This document shows, one piece after another, positions 37,930 through 47,700 of a stretch of DNA of 64,000 bases (position 1 is the stretch's first letter; the number at the start of each line of letters is the position of its first letter). The DNA is from an uncultured Eubacteriales bacterium (lineage in GTDB: Bacteria > Bacillota > Clostridia > Lachnospirales > Bianqueaceae): NCBI GenBank assembly GCA_900315265.1, contig OMYN01000002.1:74877-138876 (forward strand), written 5' to 3'. Made by a program: the position numbers and the translations under genes. Below the pieces are notes generated by a model. That model ran no database searches and was not told where the DNA came from. It saw only the letters and a program-made list of their open reading frames with translations.

Positions 37930-38637
37930 ATGAAAACTGTCCTGGTCACCGGGGCCAGCCGGGGTATCGGACACGCCGTTGCGTCCGCTTTTCTGGATCA
38001 AAACGATATGGTCTTCGTCTGCTGCCATTCTTCTTTGGAATCGATGAAAGATCTGACACAAAGGGGCGCTCTGCCCTTTCTGGCGGATGTTTCCAAAGAA
38101 GAAGAAGTAAAAGCTTTATTTGACTTTATCTATCAAAAAACAACTCACCTGGACGTATTGGTCAACAATGCCGGCATATCGATCGTAGGCCTGATCCAGG
38201 ATCTGTCCGTCAGCGATTTCGACCGTTTGATGGCCGTCAATCTGCGCAGCGCTTTTTTATGCTGCAAGGCAGCCATCCCCGGCATGATCCATCAAAAAAA
38301 AGGCTGTATCATCAACATCTCTTCCATGTGGGGGGATAAGGGAGCATCCTGTGAAGCGGCCTATTCGGCCTCAAAAGGCGGTCTGAACGGGCTGACAAGG
38401 GCGCTGGCAAAAGAATTGGCCCCCAGCGGCATCAGGGTCAATGCCATAGCCTGCGGAGCCATTGATACAGAAATGAATTCATTTTTATCCGCCCAGGAAA
38501 GAGCGGACCTGGAAGAGTCGATCGGAATGGGACGGTTCGGAAAGCCGTCCGAAGTGGCGGATCTGGTCCTTTATCTGTCATCGGATAAGAGCAGTTATCT
38601 GACCGGTGATGTGATCACGCTTGACGGCAGCTTTTGA
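37930..38637 (+). CDS. SDR family oxidoreductase (FabG-like)
   Basis: TGASRGIG, NNAG and YSASK motifs. Confidence 0.85.
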   Translation: MKTVLVTGASRGIGHAVASAFLDQNDMVFVCCHSSLESMKDLTQRGALPFLADVSKEEEVKALFDFIYQKTTHLDVLVNNAGISIVGLIQDLSVSDFDRLMAVNLRSAFLCCKAAIPGMIHQKKGCIINISSMWGDKGASCEAAYSASKGGLNGLTRALAKELAPSGIRVNAIACGAIDTEMNSFLSAQERADLEESIGMGRFGKPSEVADLVLYLSSDKSSYLTGDVITLDGSF

Positions 38638-39790
38638 AAAAATCGGTCCAGCGGTCCATCCAGTCATCATAATATACAAAGAAATTGACTGCGTCGGCGC
38701 CGCCTGAAAAGGCCGCTTTTACGCTTGTGTCAAGTTTGGGGTCATCGATCTGGATAATGGGTACCAGGCCGGTAGAGGCACGTTTGGAGCCCAGCCTTAA
38801 GGCCGCTCTTTGCGTTTCATCCTTAACAACAGACGGCTGGTAACCGTCCCGGAATAGATCCTGCCAGGTCTTATAAGAAGAAGTATCCAGACCCGTCACT
38901 GCTTTCATAAGAGCATCGCGTTCTTCTTTGGTAAACTGACCGCTTCCGTCGATCTGCCGGGCCATGACAGCTGTTTCCACATTCAGGCAGGCTGGGCCGT
39001 CCGGATCCAGATAGTCCCGGTAGATCATGGGACATACCAGGTCCAGCCTGCCGGCCAGGTCCGGATAGTGCTGACCGACCAGGTCGCTTAACGAGGGGGT
39101 AAACAGATAAGCCCCGGCGGCAAGGTCCGGATTTGTCTCTTTGACCGTTCTGACAAAGTTCAGCAGATGTTCGACTGACGATCTTCTGCGGAAATCCAGC
39201 CATTCCTGAATACGGGGAAGTCCTTCCAGGACTTCTTTTTTTGTTGCCTTTTTACCGTCCCCGCATCCCAGAAGGCGGGCCAGTGCCTGAACGGCCGGAC
39301 GGATCTTTTCCGCTTCATAACCCATTTCCTTCATTTTCCGGCAGCAGGAAGGGCAGAAACAGGTGAAAAAGGACTCCATACCGGTCAGATGTAACTTTTC
39401 AGGAGACGGATCGGTTTCCTCTTTATTAAGAGGTGAAGAAGCAGGCGAAGCAAAGCGGGCTCCGTCCAGCAGGATTCCGCTGAGTCCCGGCTCTTTAGCC
39501 AGCTTCCTTATCTGATCCAGATTGTAGGCCCTGACATCGTCCCGGGTAGGACAGGTGGAATAAAACCAGTGCTGAGGCCGTCCGAAACAATCCTGAGCTA
39601 AGTATTCATCTCCGGTAAAATCCGGTCCGCGGAAGGAGCCGGACGATACAAAGGCGTCCATCCCCTTTGAGCGGACCAGACCGACCTGGCTTTTACTGCA
39701 TACGACCGTAGTAAAGCCGGCGTCTGCCAGTTTGCCTGCTGCCGACTCAGGCGACTTGCCCAAGCCATGCATCCACAGACCATATCTCAC
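38615..39790 (-). CDS. hypothetical protein, possibly a TIM-barrel glycoside-hydrolase-like fold
   Basis: 391 aa. GTG start after GAGGTG, overlapping the fucosidase stop (GTGA). Cys motif CFCPSCC. The fold assignment is a weak impression only. Confidence 0.5.
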   Translation of the reverse strand: MRYGLWMHGLGKSPESAAGKLADAGFTTVVCSKSQVGLVRSKGMDAFVSSGSFRGPDFTGDEYLAQDCFGRPQHWFYSTCPTRDDVRAYNLDQIRKLAKEPGLSGILLDGARFASPASSPLNKEETDPSPEKLHLTGMESFFTCFCPSCCRKMKEMGYEAEKIRPAVQALARLLGCGDGKKATKKEVLEGLPRIQEWLDFRRRSSVEHLLNFVRTVKETNPDLAAGAYLFTPSLSDLVGQHYPDLAGRLDLVCPMIYRDYLDPDGPACLNVETAVMARQIDGSGQFTKEERDALMKAVTGLDTSSYKTWQDLFRDGYQPSVVKDETQRAALRLGSKRASTGLVPIIQIDDPKLDTSVKAAFSGGADAVNFFVYYDDWMDRWTDFFKSCRQA

Positions 39791-41097
39791 TTAAGGGTCA
39801 CCTCGATCACGGTGTCGTTTTCATCCGGCAGAGGGAAGGTAAGGACGCCGTTTTTATCAAAGGACAGGAAGGCGTCGTTGGGATACTCGGCCACATTCCA
39901 GTATTTGGACACGAAGACCTCGGAGCCGTCTTTGAGCAGGCGGCAGTGATCGATCTTGCCGGCCAGCCCCGGCAGACAGATGTTGCCCATGGTTTCTTCA
40001 TAGACATGGGCATAGAGCTTTTTGCCGTTCTGCGTATAACGGCCCCATTCCGGTTTGGCAAAGTCCGCTTTGCCGCAGCCGTAAACGGAGGCGGAATTGT
40101 CACGCATCCAGCGGCCCACGTCCCTGAGGATCTTCTGCTGAGGCTCCGGGATCTGTCCCTTGGCATTGGGGCCTACGTTGACGATCAGATTTCCTCCCTT
40201 GCTGACGCACTCGACCAGGTTGCGGATGATCATGCGGGAACTCTTGTAATGATGGTCCTTGGCGCAGTAGCCCCAGTTGTCGTTAAGAGTGATGCAGGCT
40301 TCCCAGGGAATGGGATCGCCGTCGACGTCGGTCACTCCTTCCGGCGGGATCATCTGCTCGGGGCAGGCAAAGTCACCGGCATAGACCGTCGGATTCTTGG
40401 TCCGGATGGAACCGCTTTTTTCGCCGCTTCCTTCCAGGCGGTTATCGATGATCAGGCCCGGCTGCAGGCTGCGGGCAAGGTTGACCAGTTCGGTCGCATG
40501 CCAGGTCTCGCACTCCATGCCCGGATAGGAAAAATCGAACCACATGATATCGATTTTGCCGTAATTAGTCAGAAGCTCGCGCACCTGTCCCTGCATGTAC
40601 TGGATATAATTGTCGAAATTGTGCTGAACGCCCTTCCAGGCCGGGTTATTGCGCTCCGGATGGTTGCGGTCGCCGTAATGCGGAAAGTCCGGATGGTGCC
40701 AGTCCAGCAGGGAATAATAGAAACCGATCTTGATACCTTCTTTGCGGAAAGCATCCACATATTCCCGCACCAGATCGCGGTGGCAGGGAGTGTTGGTCGA
40801 TTTGTAGTCGGTCAGCTGACTGTCGAAGAGGCAGAAGCCGTCGTGATGCTTGGTCGTCAGGACCGCATATTTCATTCCGGCTTCCTTGGCCAACTTGGCC
40901 CACTCCTCCGGTTTATAATCCGTAGGATCGAACTCCTCAAAGAAGGGCTGGTAATCCTCCACGGACATCTGCTCGACGCTGCGGACCCACTCTCCTCTGG
41001 CCGGGATCGAATACAATCCCCAGTGAATAAACATACCGAAACGGTCGTGCATGAACCATTTGGTCCGTCTGGTCCGGTCTTCGATTCGCTGATTCAT
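39787..41097 (-). CDS. alpha-L-fucosidase (GH29), no signal peptide
   Basis: FGMFIHWGLYS and TTKHHDGFCLFDS motifs. Confidence 0.9.
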   Translation of the reverse strand: MNQRIEDRTRRTKWFMHDRFGMFIHWGLYSIPARGEWVRSVEQMSVEDYQPFFEEFDPTDYKPEEWAKLAKEAGMKYAVLTTKHHDGFCLFDSQLTDYKSTNTPCHRDLVREYVDAFRKEGIKIGFYYSLLDWHHPDFPHYGDRNHPERNNPAWKGVQHNFDNYIQYMQGQVRELLTNYGKIDIMWFDFSYPGMECETWHATELVNLARSLQPGLIIDNRLEGSGEKSGSIRTKNPTVYAGDFACPEQMIPPEGVTDVDGDPIPWEACITLNDNWGYCAKDHHYKSSRMIIRNLVECVSKGGNLIVNVGPNAKGQIPEPQQKILRDVGRWMRDNSASVYGCGKADFAKPEWGRYTQNGKKLYAHVYEETMGNICLPGLAGKIDHCRLLKDGSEVFVSKYWNVAEYPNDAFLSFDKNGVLTFPLPDENDTVIEVTLK

Positions 41098-41131
41098 AGT
41101 CTTTTCCTTCCTATAAATGGTATAGATTTCA

Positions 41132-42157
41132 TCACAGGCTGAAAACGGTCCCTACCGTTTTCTCGTCTGCCAGTGTTGCTAACATAACCGCTTTAATAGT
41201 ATGCATGCGGTTCTCTGCCTCGTCGAAGACGACCGAAGCCGGACTTTCGAAAACAGCGTTCTCTACTTCCAGGCAGTCCAGGCCATAGCTGTCATAAATT
41301 TTTTTGCCGATCTCCGTATCGGTATCGTGGAAAGCCGGCAGGCAGTGCATGAAAATAGCATTAGGTCCCGCAAATTTCATCACTTCCGTCGTTACCCGGT
41401 AAGGAGACAGGGCATGGATCCTTTCCGCCCATACCTCTTCCGGTTCTCCCATGGATACCCATACGTCGGTATATACAACATCCGCACCTTTTAGTGCGTC
41501 AACTTTACTTTCAGTCAGGCAGATATAGGCTCCGGTTTCTTTTGCGACCTTCTGAGATTCGGTCACCAAGGCCATATCAGGGAAGTAATGATGATTGGTC
41601 AGAGCCGTAAAGTTCATGCCCATCTTGGCACAGGCAAACATCAGGGAATTGCCGGTATTATAGCGGGCGTCTCCCATGTATACCAGTTTTTTCCCTTTTA
41701 AGGTATGATCCGGGAAATGTTCTCTGATGGTCAGAAGATCGGCCAGCATCTGGGTGGGATGGAATTCATTGGTCAGGCCGTTCCACACCGGTACGCTGGA
41801 ATATTGGGCCAGGGTCTCCACTTTGCTCTGTCCGAATCCCCTGTATTCGATCCCGTCATACATGCGGCATAAAACACGGGCCGTATCCGCAATACTTTCT
41901 TTTTTACCCAGCTGGCTGGAGGAAGAATTCAGGTAGGTCGTATGCATACCCAGGTCGAAGGCTGCTGTTTCAAAAGAGCAGCGGGTACGGGTACTGGTCT
42001 TTTCAAAGATCAGGGCTGCCTGATAGCCTTCCAGCAGGCGGTGAGGTTTTCTTTCCTTTTTTAATTTCTTAAGCTGAGCAGCCAGATCGATCAGATATGT
42101 GATCTCTTCCGGTGAATAATCTTTCAGTGCTAAAAAGTCTCTTCCTTTCAGATCCAT
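41132..42157 (-). CDS. argF: ornithine carbamoyltransferase
   Basis: STRTR, HPTQ and HCLPAFH motifs. ATG at 42157 (MDLKGRDFL). Confidence 0.9.
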   Translation of the reverse strand: MDLKGRDFLALKDYSPEEITYLIDLAAQLKKLKKERKPHRLLEGYQAALIFEKTSTRTRCSFETAAFDLGMHTTYLNSSSSQLGKKESIADTARVLCRMYDGIEYRGFGQSKVETLAQYSSVPVWNGLTNEFHPTQMLADLLTIREHFPDHTLKGKKLVYMGDARYNTGNSLMFACAKMGMNFTALTNHHYFPDMALVTESQKVAKETGAYICLTESKVDALKGADVVYTDVWVSMGEPEEVWAERIHALSPYRVTTEVMKFAGPNAIFMHCLPAFHDTDTEIGKKIYDSYGLDCLEVENAVFESPASVVFDEAENRMHTIKAVMLATLADEKTVGTVFSL

Positions 42158-42278
42158 GGTACTAACCTTTCTTTGCCTGTTTCTTTTCATTGGCCGAATT
42201 TCGAACGGTTTATCCGCTTTTTAGGAAAATTACCGTAAGTTATCTCATAGGATAGCACAATCTTTGGTGGATTTAAAT

Positions 42279-42317
42279 AATGAATATTTATAAATTACTA
42301 TTGCATTTATATTCATT
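42279..42317. promoter_or_regulatory. tandem ARG-box-like sites (putative ArgR/AhrC operator) in the argF-argG divergent region
   Basis: AATGAATATTTATAAATT (42279-42296), then 3 bp, then ATTGCATTTATATTCATT (42300-42317). Compared with WNTGAATWWWWATTCANW these show 2 and 1 mismatches. Confidence 0.6.
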
Positions 42318-42329
42318 CTTCTGTATAAT
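42301..42329 (+). promoter_or_regulatory. putative sigma-A promoter of argG
   Basis: TTGCAT (42301-42306), 17 nt spacer, TATAAT (42324-42329). The -35 lies inside ARG box 2. Confidence 0.55.
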
Positions 42330-42471
42330 GTGTCTTGTTCAATCAAAAAAGATGAATCTTCTCCGGGCTCTATAGAATATACGTCAGTCAACACCTTCTG
42401 ACTTTTGCAAGCGCATGTGCTTGCAAATTTGCCCGCCGCAGGATCCAAAGACATAATAAGGAGACACCATC

Positions 42472-43683
42472 ATGGCAAAAGAAAAAGTTGTTCTGGCTTA
42501 TTCAGGCGGATTGGATACGACCGTTATCATCCCCTGGCTGAAAGAAAATTATGACTACGACGTTATCGCTGCCTGCATCGATGTCGGTCAGGGCGCCGAG
42601 ACCGACGGTCTGGAAGAAAAGGCTTTAAAGACCGGAGCCAGCAAATATTATCAGGTCGACGTCACCGAAGAATTCATTACCAAATATATCTACCCCACCC
42701 TTAAAGCAGGAGCCGTTTACGAAAGCTCCTACATGCTGGGGACCTCGATGGCCCGTCCTCTGATCGCCAAGGTCCTGGTCGATATCGCCAAAAAGGAAGG
42801 CGCGGTAGCCATCTGCCACGGCGCGACCGGCAAAGGCAACGATCAGGTACGTTTCGAGCTGGCCATCAAGGCGCTGGCTCCGGAACTGAAGATCATCGCC
42901 CCCTGGCGGATCTGGAACATCCAGTCCCGTGAGGAAGAGATCCAGTACTGCATCGACCACGGCATCACTCCTCCGGTCAAAAAAGGAGACAGCTACAGCC
43001 GTGACCGCAACATCTGGCACATCAGCCACGAAGGCCTGGAACTGGAAGATCCTTCCAATGAGCCTAATTACGATAAGATGCTGAAGCTGGGGGTTACCCC
43101 TCAGAAAGCTCCTGATGTTTCGACCAAGATTTCCATCGACTTTGAAAAAGGCATCCCGGTCGCCGTCAACGGCCAAAAGCTGGATCCGGTGTCCCTGTTG
43201 AAAAAGCTGAATGAGCTGGGCGGCCAGAACGGCATCGGAATCGTCGATATCCTGGAGAACCGTATGGTCGGTATGAAATCCCGCGGTGTTTATGAGACTC
43301 CCGGAGGAACCATCCTCTTCAAGGCTCACGAGCAGCTGGAACATATGACGCTGGATAAGGACACCTACGAATATAAGCAGCTGCTGGCTGTCAAATTCGC
43401 GGATCTGGTATACTGCGGCAAGTGGTTCACTCCCCTTCGCCAGGCTATCTCCGCTTTTGTTGATTCCACTCAGGAACATGTGACCGGTACGGCTAATCTG
43501 GTCCTGTATAAGGGCAACATCATTCCTGCCGGCACTACTTCTCCTTACTCTTTGTATGATGCAGACATAGCCAGCTTCACTACCGGTGAACTGTACAGCC
43601 ACAAAGATGCGGAAGGCTTCATCAATCTGGTCGGCCTGCCTCTGAAGATCCAGGGCATGAAAGGTCTGACCAAGGTAGACTGA
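42472..43683 (+). CDS. argG: argininosuccinate synthase
   Basis: AYSGGLDTT motif, 403 aa, AAGGAGA RBS. Confidence 0.95.
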   Translation: MAKEKVVLAYSGGLDTTVIIPWLKENYDYDVIAACIDVGQGAETDGLEEKALKTGASKYYQVDVTEEFITKYIYPTLKAGAVYESSYMLGTSMARPLIAKVLVDIAKKEGAVAICHGATGKGNDQVRFELAIKALAPELKIIAPWRIWNIQSREEEIQYCIDHGITPPVKKGDSYSRDRNIWHISHEGLELEDPSNEPNYDKMLKLGVTPQKAPDVSTKISIDFEKGIPVAVNGQKLDPVSLLKKLNELGGQNGIGIVDILENRMVGMKSRGVYETPGGTILFKAHEQLEHMTLDKDTYEYKQLLAVKFADLVYCGKWFTPLRQAISAFVDSTQEHVTGTANLVLYKGNIIPAGTTSPYSLYDADIASFTTGELYSHKDAEGFINLVGLPLKIQGMKGLTKVD

Positions 43684-43721
43684 TCTTTTACCACTTTCAA
43701 CGATCCTCTCTTTTGCCATAG

Positions 43722-43760
43722 AAAAAGCCCGCAGAGTTTTAAAGCTCTGCGGGCTTTTAT
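43722..43760. terminator. bidirectional terminator between argG and nfnB
   Basis: AAAAAGCCCGCAGAG-TTTTAAAG-CTCTGCGGGCTTTTATT, with A-run and T-run flanks. Confidence 0.85.
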
Positions 43761-43785
43761 TGTATATCGAAAAGGTTATCAGAGA

Positions 43786-45207
43786 TTACTTGTTGGACAG
43801 ATACTCGTCAATGGCCTTTGCAGCAACCTTGCCGGCGCCCATTGCGGAAATAACGGTCGCAGCTCCGGTAACAGCATCGCCGCCGGCGTAAACGCCGTCT
43901 TTGGTGGTCTTGCCGGTGCCTTCTTCAACGATGATACCGCCGTGAGCGTTAACATCCAGGCCGGCTGTAGTATTCTTGATCAGCGGGTTGGGGCTGGTAC
44001 CGATGGCGATAACAACGGTATCAACGTCCAGAACGAATTCGCTGCCCTCGATCGGGATAGGACGGCGGCGTCCTTTCTCATCGGGCTCGCCAAGCTTCAT
44101 CTGGATACATTTCATACCGATAACGTTACCGTTCTTAGGATCGCGTTTGTCATCCGGATTGTTATAGCCAAGGATCTCGACCGGATTATTCAGCAGCTTG
44201 AACTCAATGCCCTCTTCCATAGCGTGCTCGACTTCCTCACGACGGGCGGGCAGCTCTTCCAGAGAACGACGATATACGATGTATACCTTATCAGCGCCAA
44301 GACGAAGTGCAGTACGGGCTGCATCCATGGCAACGTTTCCGCCGCCGACTACAGCGACCTTGCCGCCCTTCATAATGGGGGTAACCGGATCGTCTTTGTA
44401 AGCTTTCATCAGGTTGGAGCGGGTCAGATACTCGTTAGCGGAGTAAACACCCTTCAGGCTCTCGCCCGGGATGCCCATGAAACGAGGCAGGCCTGCGCCG
44501 GAACCTACGAATACAGCTTCGTAGCCCTGTGCCATGATCTCGTCAATGGTCAGCGTCTTACCAACGACTACGTCGGTCTCTACGTCAACGCCCATAGCGG
44601 TCAGGTTGTCGACCTCTTTCTGAACGATGGATTTGGGAAGACGGAACTCGGGGATACCGTAAACCAGAACGCCGCCTGCCAGATGCAGAGCTTCGAAAAT
44701 GGTTACCTTGTAACCTTTCTTAGCCAGGTCGCCTGCGCAGGTAAGTCCGGACGGGCCGGAACCTACGACGGCTACTTTGTGGCCGTTGGAAGGAGCAACT
44801 TCCGGTTTAGCGGTAGAATGAGCATTGTGCCAGTCGGCAACGAAACGCTCCAGACGGCCGATCCCGACAGGCTCGCCTTTGATACCGCGTACACATTTAG
44901 ATTCGCACTGGGTCTCCTGAGGGCATACACGTCCGCAGACAGCCGGCAGAGAAGAAGTCATATTGATGATCTGGTAAGCGCCTTCGAAATCGCTTTCCTT
45001 GATCTTCTGAATGAAGTCCGGAATGTGAATGTTTACAGGGCAGCCGGAAACGCAGGGCATATTCTTGCAGTGCAGGCATCTCTGAGACTCATCAAGAGCG
45101 ATCTCTTCGGTATAACCGGTAGCAACTTCTTTGAAGTTATGGGCACGAACCTGAGGATCCTGAGAAGGCATCGGGTTCTTTTTGGGGTTCATATTAAACT
45201 TAGGCAT
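43786..45207 (-). CDS. nfnB: NADH-dependent reduced ferredoxin:NADP+ oxidoreductase subunit B (GltD-like)
   Basis: Two Cys clusters near the N-terminus and VVGSGPSGL FAD/NAD motifs. Paired with an NfnA-like gene 1 nt upstream. Confidence 0.85.
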   Translation of the reverse strand: MPKFNMNPKKNPMPSQDPQVRAHNFKEVATGYTEEIALDESQRCLHCKNMPCVSGCPVNIHIPDFIQKIKESDFEGAYQIINMTSSLPAVCGRVCPQETQCESKCVRGIKGEPVGIGRLERFVADWHNAHSTAKPEVAPSNGHKVAVVGSGPSGLTCAGDLAKKGYKVTIFEALHLAGGVLVYGIPEFRLPKSIVQKEVDNLTAMGVDVETDVVVGKTLTIDEIMAQGYEAVFVGSGAGLPRFMGIPGESLKGVYSANEYLTRSNLMKAYKDDPVTPIMKGGKVAVVGGGNVAMDAARTALRLGADKVYIVYRRSLEELPARREEVEHAMEEGIEFKLLNNPVEILGYNNPDDKRDPKNGNVIGMKCIQMKLGEPDEKGRRRPIPIEGSEFVLDVDTVVIAIGTSPNPLIKNTTAGLDVNAHGGIIVEEGTGKTTKDGVYAGGDAVTGAATVISAMGAGKVAAKAIDEYLSNK

Positions 45208-45208
45208 C

Positions 45209-46063
45209 TTACTTTACCTCCTGTTTGAACAGATTGCAGGCTTCATCATAGGCATGTCTTTCGAAGGACTTATACATAGCGCCTCTCTCCATAGCCTCAT
45301 CGAAGTCGACTTCATATCCGTTGAAGTCCGGTCCGTCAACACAGGCGAACTTGGTAACTTTCTTACCGTCAACGTTCAGAGTAAGACGGCAGCCGCCGCA
45401 CATACCGGTACCATCGATCATGATGGGGTTCATGGAAACGGTGCAGGGGATGCCAAACGGTTTGGTGGTAGCAACGACGAATTTCATCATGATGACGGGT
45501 CCGATGGTGATGACCTCGTCAAATTTCTCTCCGGCTTCAAGCTTTTCTTTCAGCGGAACGGTAACAACGCCCTTGCGGCCGTAGCTGCCGTCATCCGACA
45601 TAACGATCAGCTCATCGGAAGCAGCTTTGAACTCGTCTTCCAGGATGACCAGATCTTTATTTCTGAAACCGACGATCGAAGTAACCTTGCAGCCCAGTCT
45701 GTGCAGTTCCTGTGCGATAGGAAGGGCAATAGCGCAGCCGACACCGCCGCCGACAACGCAGACATTCTTCAAACCGTCGACCTTGGTAGCAACACCCAGA
45801 GGGCCTACGAAATCCTGCAGGTACTCGCCTGCTTCTTTGTGATTCAGTTTTTCAGTGGTAGCGCCGACGATCTGGAAGATAATGCATACAGCACCTTTTT
45901 CCGGATCGGTTCCTGCAACGGTCAGAGGGATACGCTCGCCATCCGCATCAACACGCAGGATGATGAACTGGCCCGGTTTTGCTTTTGCAGCAACCAGAGG
46001 AGCCTCGATCCACATTCTGGTAACAGTGGGATTAAGAGGCTCTTTTGTAAGAATCTTGTACAT
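45209..46063 (-). CDS. nfnA: NfnA-type FAD/NAD-binding oxidoreductase subunit (PyrK-like)
   Basis: 284 aa. Ferredoxin-reductase-like fold signature and a C-terminal Cys cluster (GTGMCGGCR..C). Confidence 0.85.
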   Translation of the reverse strand: MYKILTKEPLNPTVTRMWIEAPLVAAKAKPGQFIILRVDADGERIPLTVAGTDPEKGAVCIIFQIVGATTEKLNHKEAGEYLQDFVGPLGVATKVDGLKNVCVVGGGVGCAIALPIAQELHRLGCKVTSIVGFRNKDLVILEDEFKAASDELIVMSDDGSYGRKGVVTVPLKEKLEAGEKFDEVITIGPVIMMKFVVATTKPFGIPCTVSMNPIMIDGTGMCGGCRLTLNVDGKKVTKFACVDGPDFNGYEVDFDEAMERGAMYKSFERHAYDEACNLFKQEVK

Positions 46064-46107
46064 CTCTTTTAACCTCCTTGAGATTTGGAAACAAACTCAG
46101 TCTTTTA

Positions 46108-46136
46108 AATTATATCATAGTATTGATAATATTTGA
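46108..46136 (-). promoter_or_regulatory. putative sigma-A promoter of nfnAB
   Basis: On the minus strand: TTCAAA (46136-46131), 17 nt spacer, TATAAT (46113-46108). Confidence 0.5.
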
Positions 46137-46139
46137 ACA
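46122..46139. promoter_or_regulatory. Rex-operator-like inverted repeat overlapping the nfnAB -35
   Basis: TTGATAATATTTGAACAC compared with TTGTTAANNNNTTAACAA matches 11 of 14 specified positions. Confidence 0.35.
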
Positions 46140-46216
46140 CTTAATTATTGAGAATTTGCTTAAGGGGACGGGCTGATCCTGTCCGCGGCTGCCGCCATTC
46201 AGCACATGCCATGCCT

Positions 46217-46271
46217 GAAAAAAACGAAAAAAGGGGATGTGAGAAACGAAAGACCGTTTCTTCACATCCCC
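46217..46271 (-). terminator. rho-independent terminator after the iron alcohol dehydrogenase
   Basis: Minus strand GGGGATGTGAAGAAACGG..CGTTTCTCACATCCCC followed by TTTTTTCGTTTTTTT. Confidence 0.8.
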
Positions 46272-46309
46272 CATCTTATTTTTTGGGTGGGACCCTCTCA
46301 AAGGTCAGA

Positions 46310-47533
46310 TCAAAAATCTACCTCAGTGTCGTAGTAGCAGCACTTCAGCAGTTTTTCCATCTCTTCCTGGCTGGGCTGACGCGGGTTGGAACCGGTGCAG
46401 GCATCCAGGATAGCGTTTGCAGCGATCTGAGGCAGTCTCTCCAGGAATACATCTTCCGGAACGAAGCCCTGCTCGGTCGGATAGCTGTCTTTGCCATAGT
46501 TCTTAATGCAGTGAGGAATATTCAGCTCATCGTTCATGCCGCGGATGTACTTGATCAGAGCTGCAACCTTCTCATCGTCGGAAGCATCTTTGTCGGTCAG
46601 GTGCATGTAGTCAGCGATAACGCCGTAACGTTTCTTTGCGGTCTCGTCTTTAGCGTTGAAAGCGATAACTTTGGGCAGATACATAGCGTTTGCAGCACCA
46701 TGGATGATGTGTGCGCCGTAGTCAGCAAAAGCAGCACCGGTCTTGTGAGCCATGGAGTGTACGATACCCAGCAGGGCATTGGAGAATGCCATACCTGCAA
46801 GGCACTGTGCGTCATGCATGGTAGCGCGGGCCTGTTTGTCACCATTGTAGGACTTGATCAGGTTAGCCTGGATCAGTTCGATGGCATGGATGGCCAGAGC
46901 GTCGGTATAATTGCAGTTAGCGGTGGAAACATAAGCTTCGATCGCATGGGTCAGAGCGTCCATACCGGTATGAGCAACCAGTTTCTTGGGCATGGTCTGA
47001 GCCAGTTCAGGATCAACGATAGCTACATCGGGAGTGATCTCGAAGTCAGCGATCGGGTATTTGATTCCCTTGTCATAATCGGTGATGATAGAGAATGCGG
47101 TAACTTCGGTAGCGGTACCGGAGGTAGAAGAAATAGCGCAGAAATGAGCCTTCTGACGAAGTTTCGGCAGGCCGAATACTTTGCACATATCAGCAAAAGT
47201 GGTCTCCGGATACTCATATTTGATCCACATAGCCTTTGCTGCGTCGATAGGAGAACCGCCGCCGATGGCTACGATCCAGTCAGGCTGGAACTCTTCCATA
47301 GCCTGTGCACCCTTCATAACGGTGGTTACGGAAGGATCGGACTCGATACCTTCGTACAGCTTAACTTCAAAACCGGCTTCTTTCAGATAATCTTCTGCTT
47401 TCTGCAGGAAACCGAAACGTTTCATGCTTCCGCCGCCGACACAGATCATAGCCCGTTTGCCCTTAAGGGTCTTCAGGGCTTCCATGGCACCTTCGCCATG
47501 ATACAGATCACGAGGCAGAGTAAATCTCATCAT
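46310..47533 (-). CDS. iron-containing alcohol dehydrogenase
   Basis: IGGGSPIDAAKA and HSMAHKTG metal-binding motifs. 407 aa. Confidence 0.9.
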   Translation of the reverse strand: MMRFTLPRDLYHGEGAMEALKTLKGKRAMICVGGGSMKRFGFLQKAEDYLKEAGFEVKLYEGIESDPSVTTVMKGAQAMEEFQPDWIVAIGGGSPIDAAKAMWIKYEYPETTFADMCKVFGLPKLRQKAHFCAISSTSGTATEVTAFSIITDYDKGIKYPIADFEITPDVAIVDPELAQTMPKKLVAHTGMDALTHAIEAYVSTANCNYTDALAIHAIELIQANLIKSYNGDKQARATMHDAQCLAGMAFSNALLGIVHSMAHKTGAAFADYGAHIIHGAANAMYLPKVIAFNAKDETAKKRYGVIADYMHLTDKDASDDEKVAALIKYIRGMNDELNIPHCIKNYGKDSYPTEQGFVPEDVFLERLPQIAANAILDACTGSNPRQPSQEEMEKLLKCCYYDTEVDF

Positions 47534-47609
47534 GATAGTATACCTCCAATTAGGTTATCAGTAGACATTACCGTCTTCTGAATGCATTGTTATAGCTATA
47601 GTATATACC

Positions 47610-47627
47610 TTGTTATAATATTAACGC
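47610..47627. promoter_or_regulatory. Rex-operator-like inverted repeat upstream of the iron alcohol dehydrogenase
   Basis: TTGTTATAATATTAACGC compared with TTGTTAANNNNTTAACAA matches 11 of 14 specified positions. Confidence 0.35.
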
Positions 47628-47700
47628 AAGCAAAAGTCGCATGACAGCGATAGAAATTCACTATCATGCGATATGTTTTCCCTATTGATCAATTTGGGTA

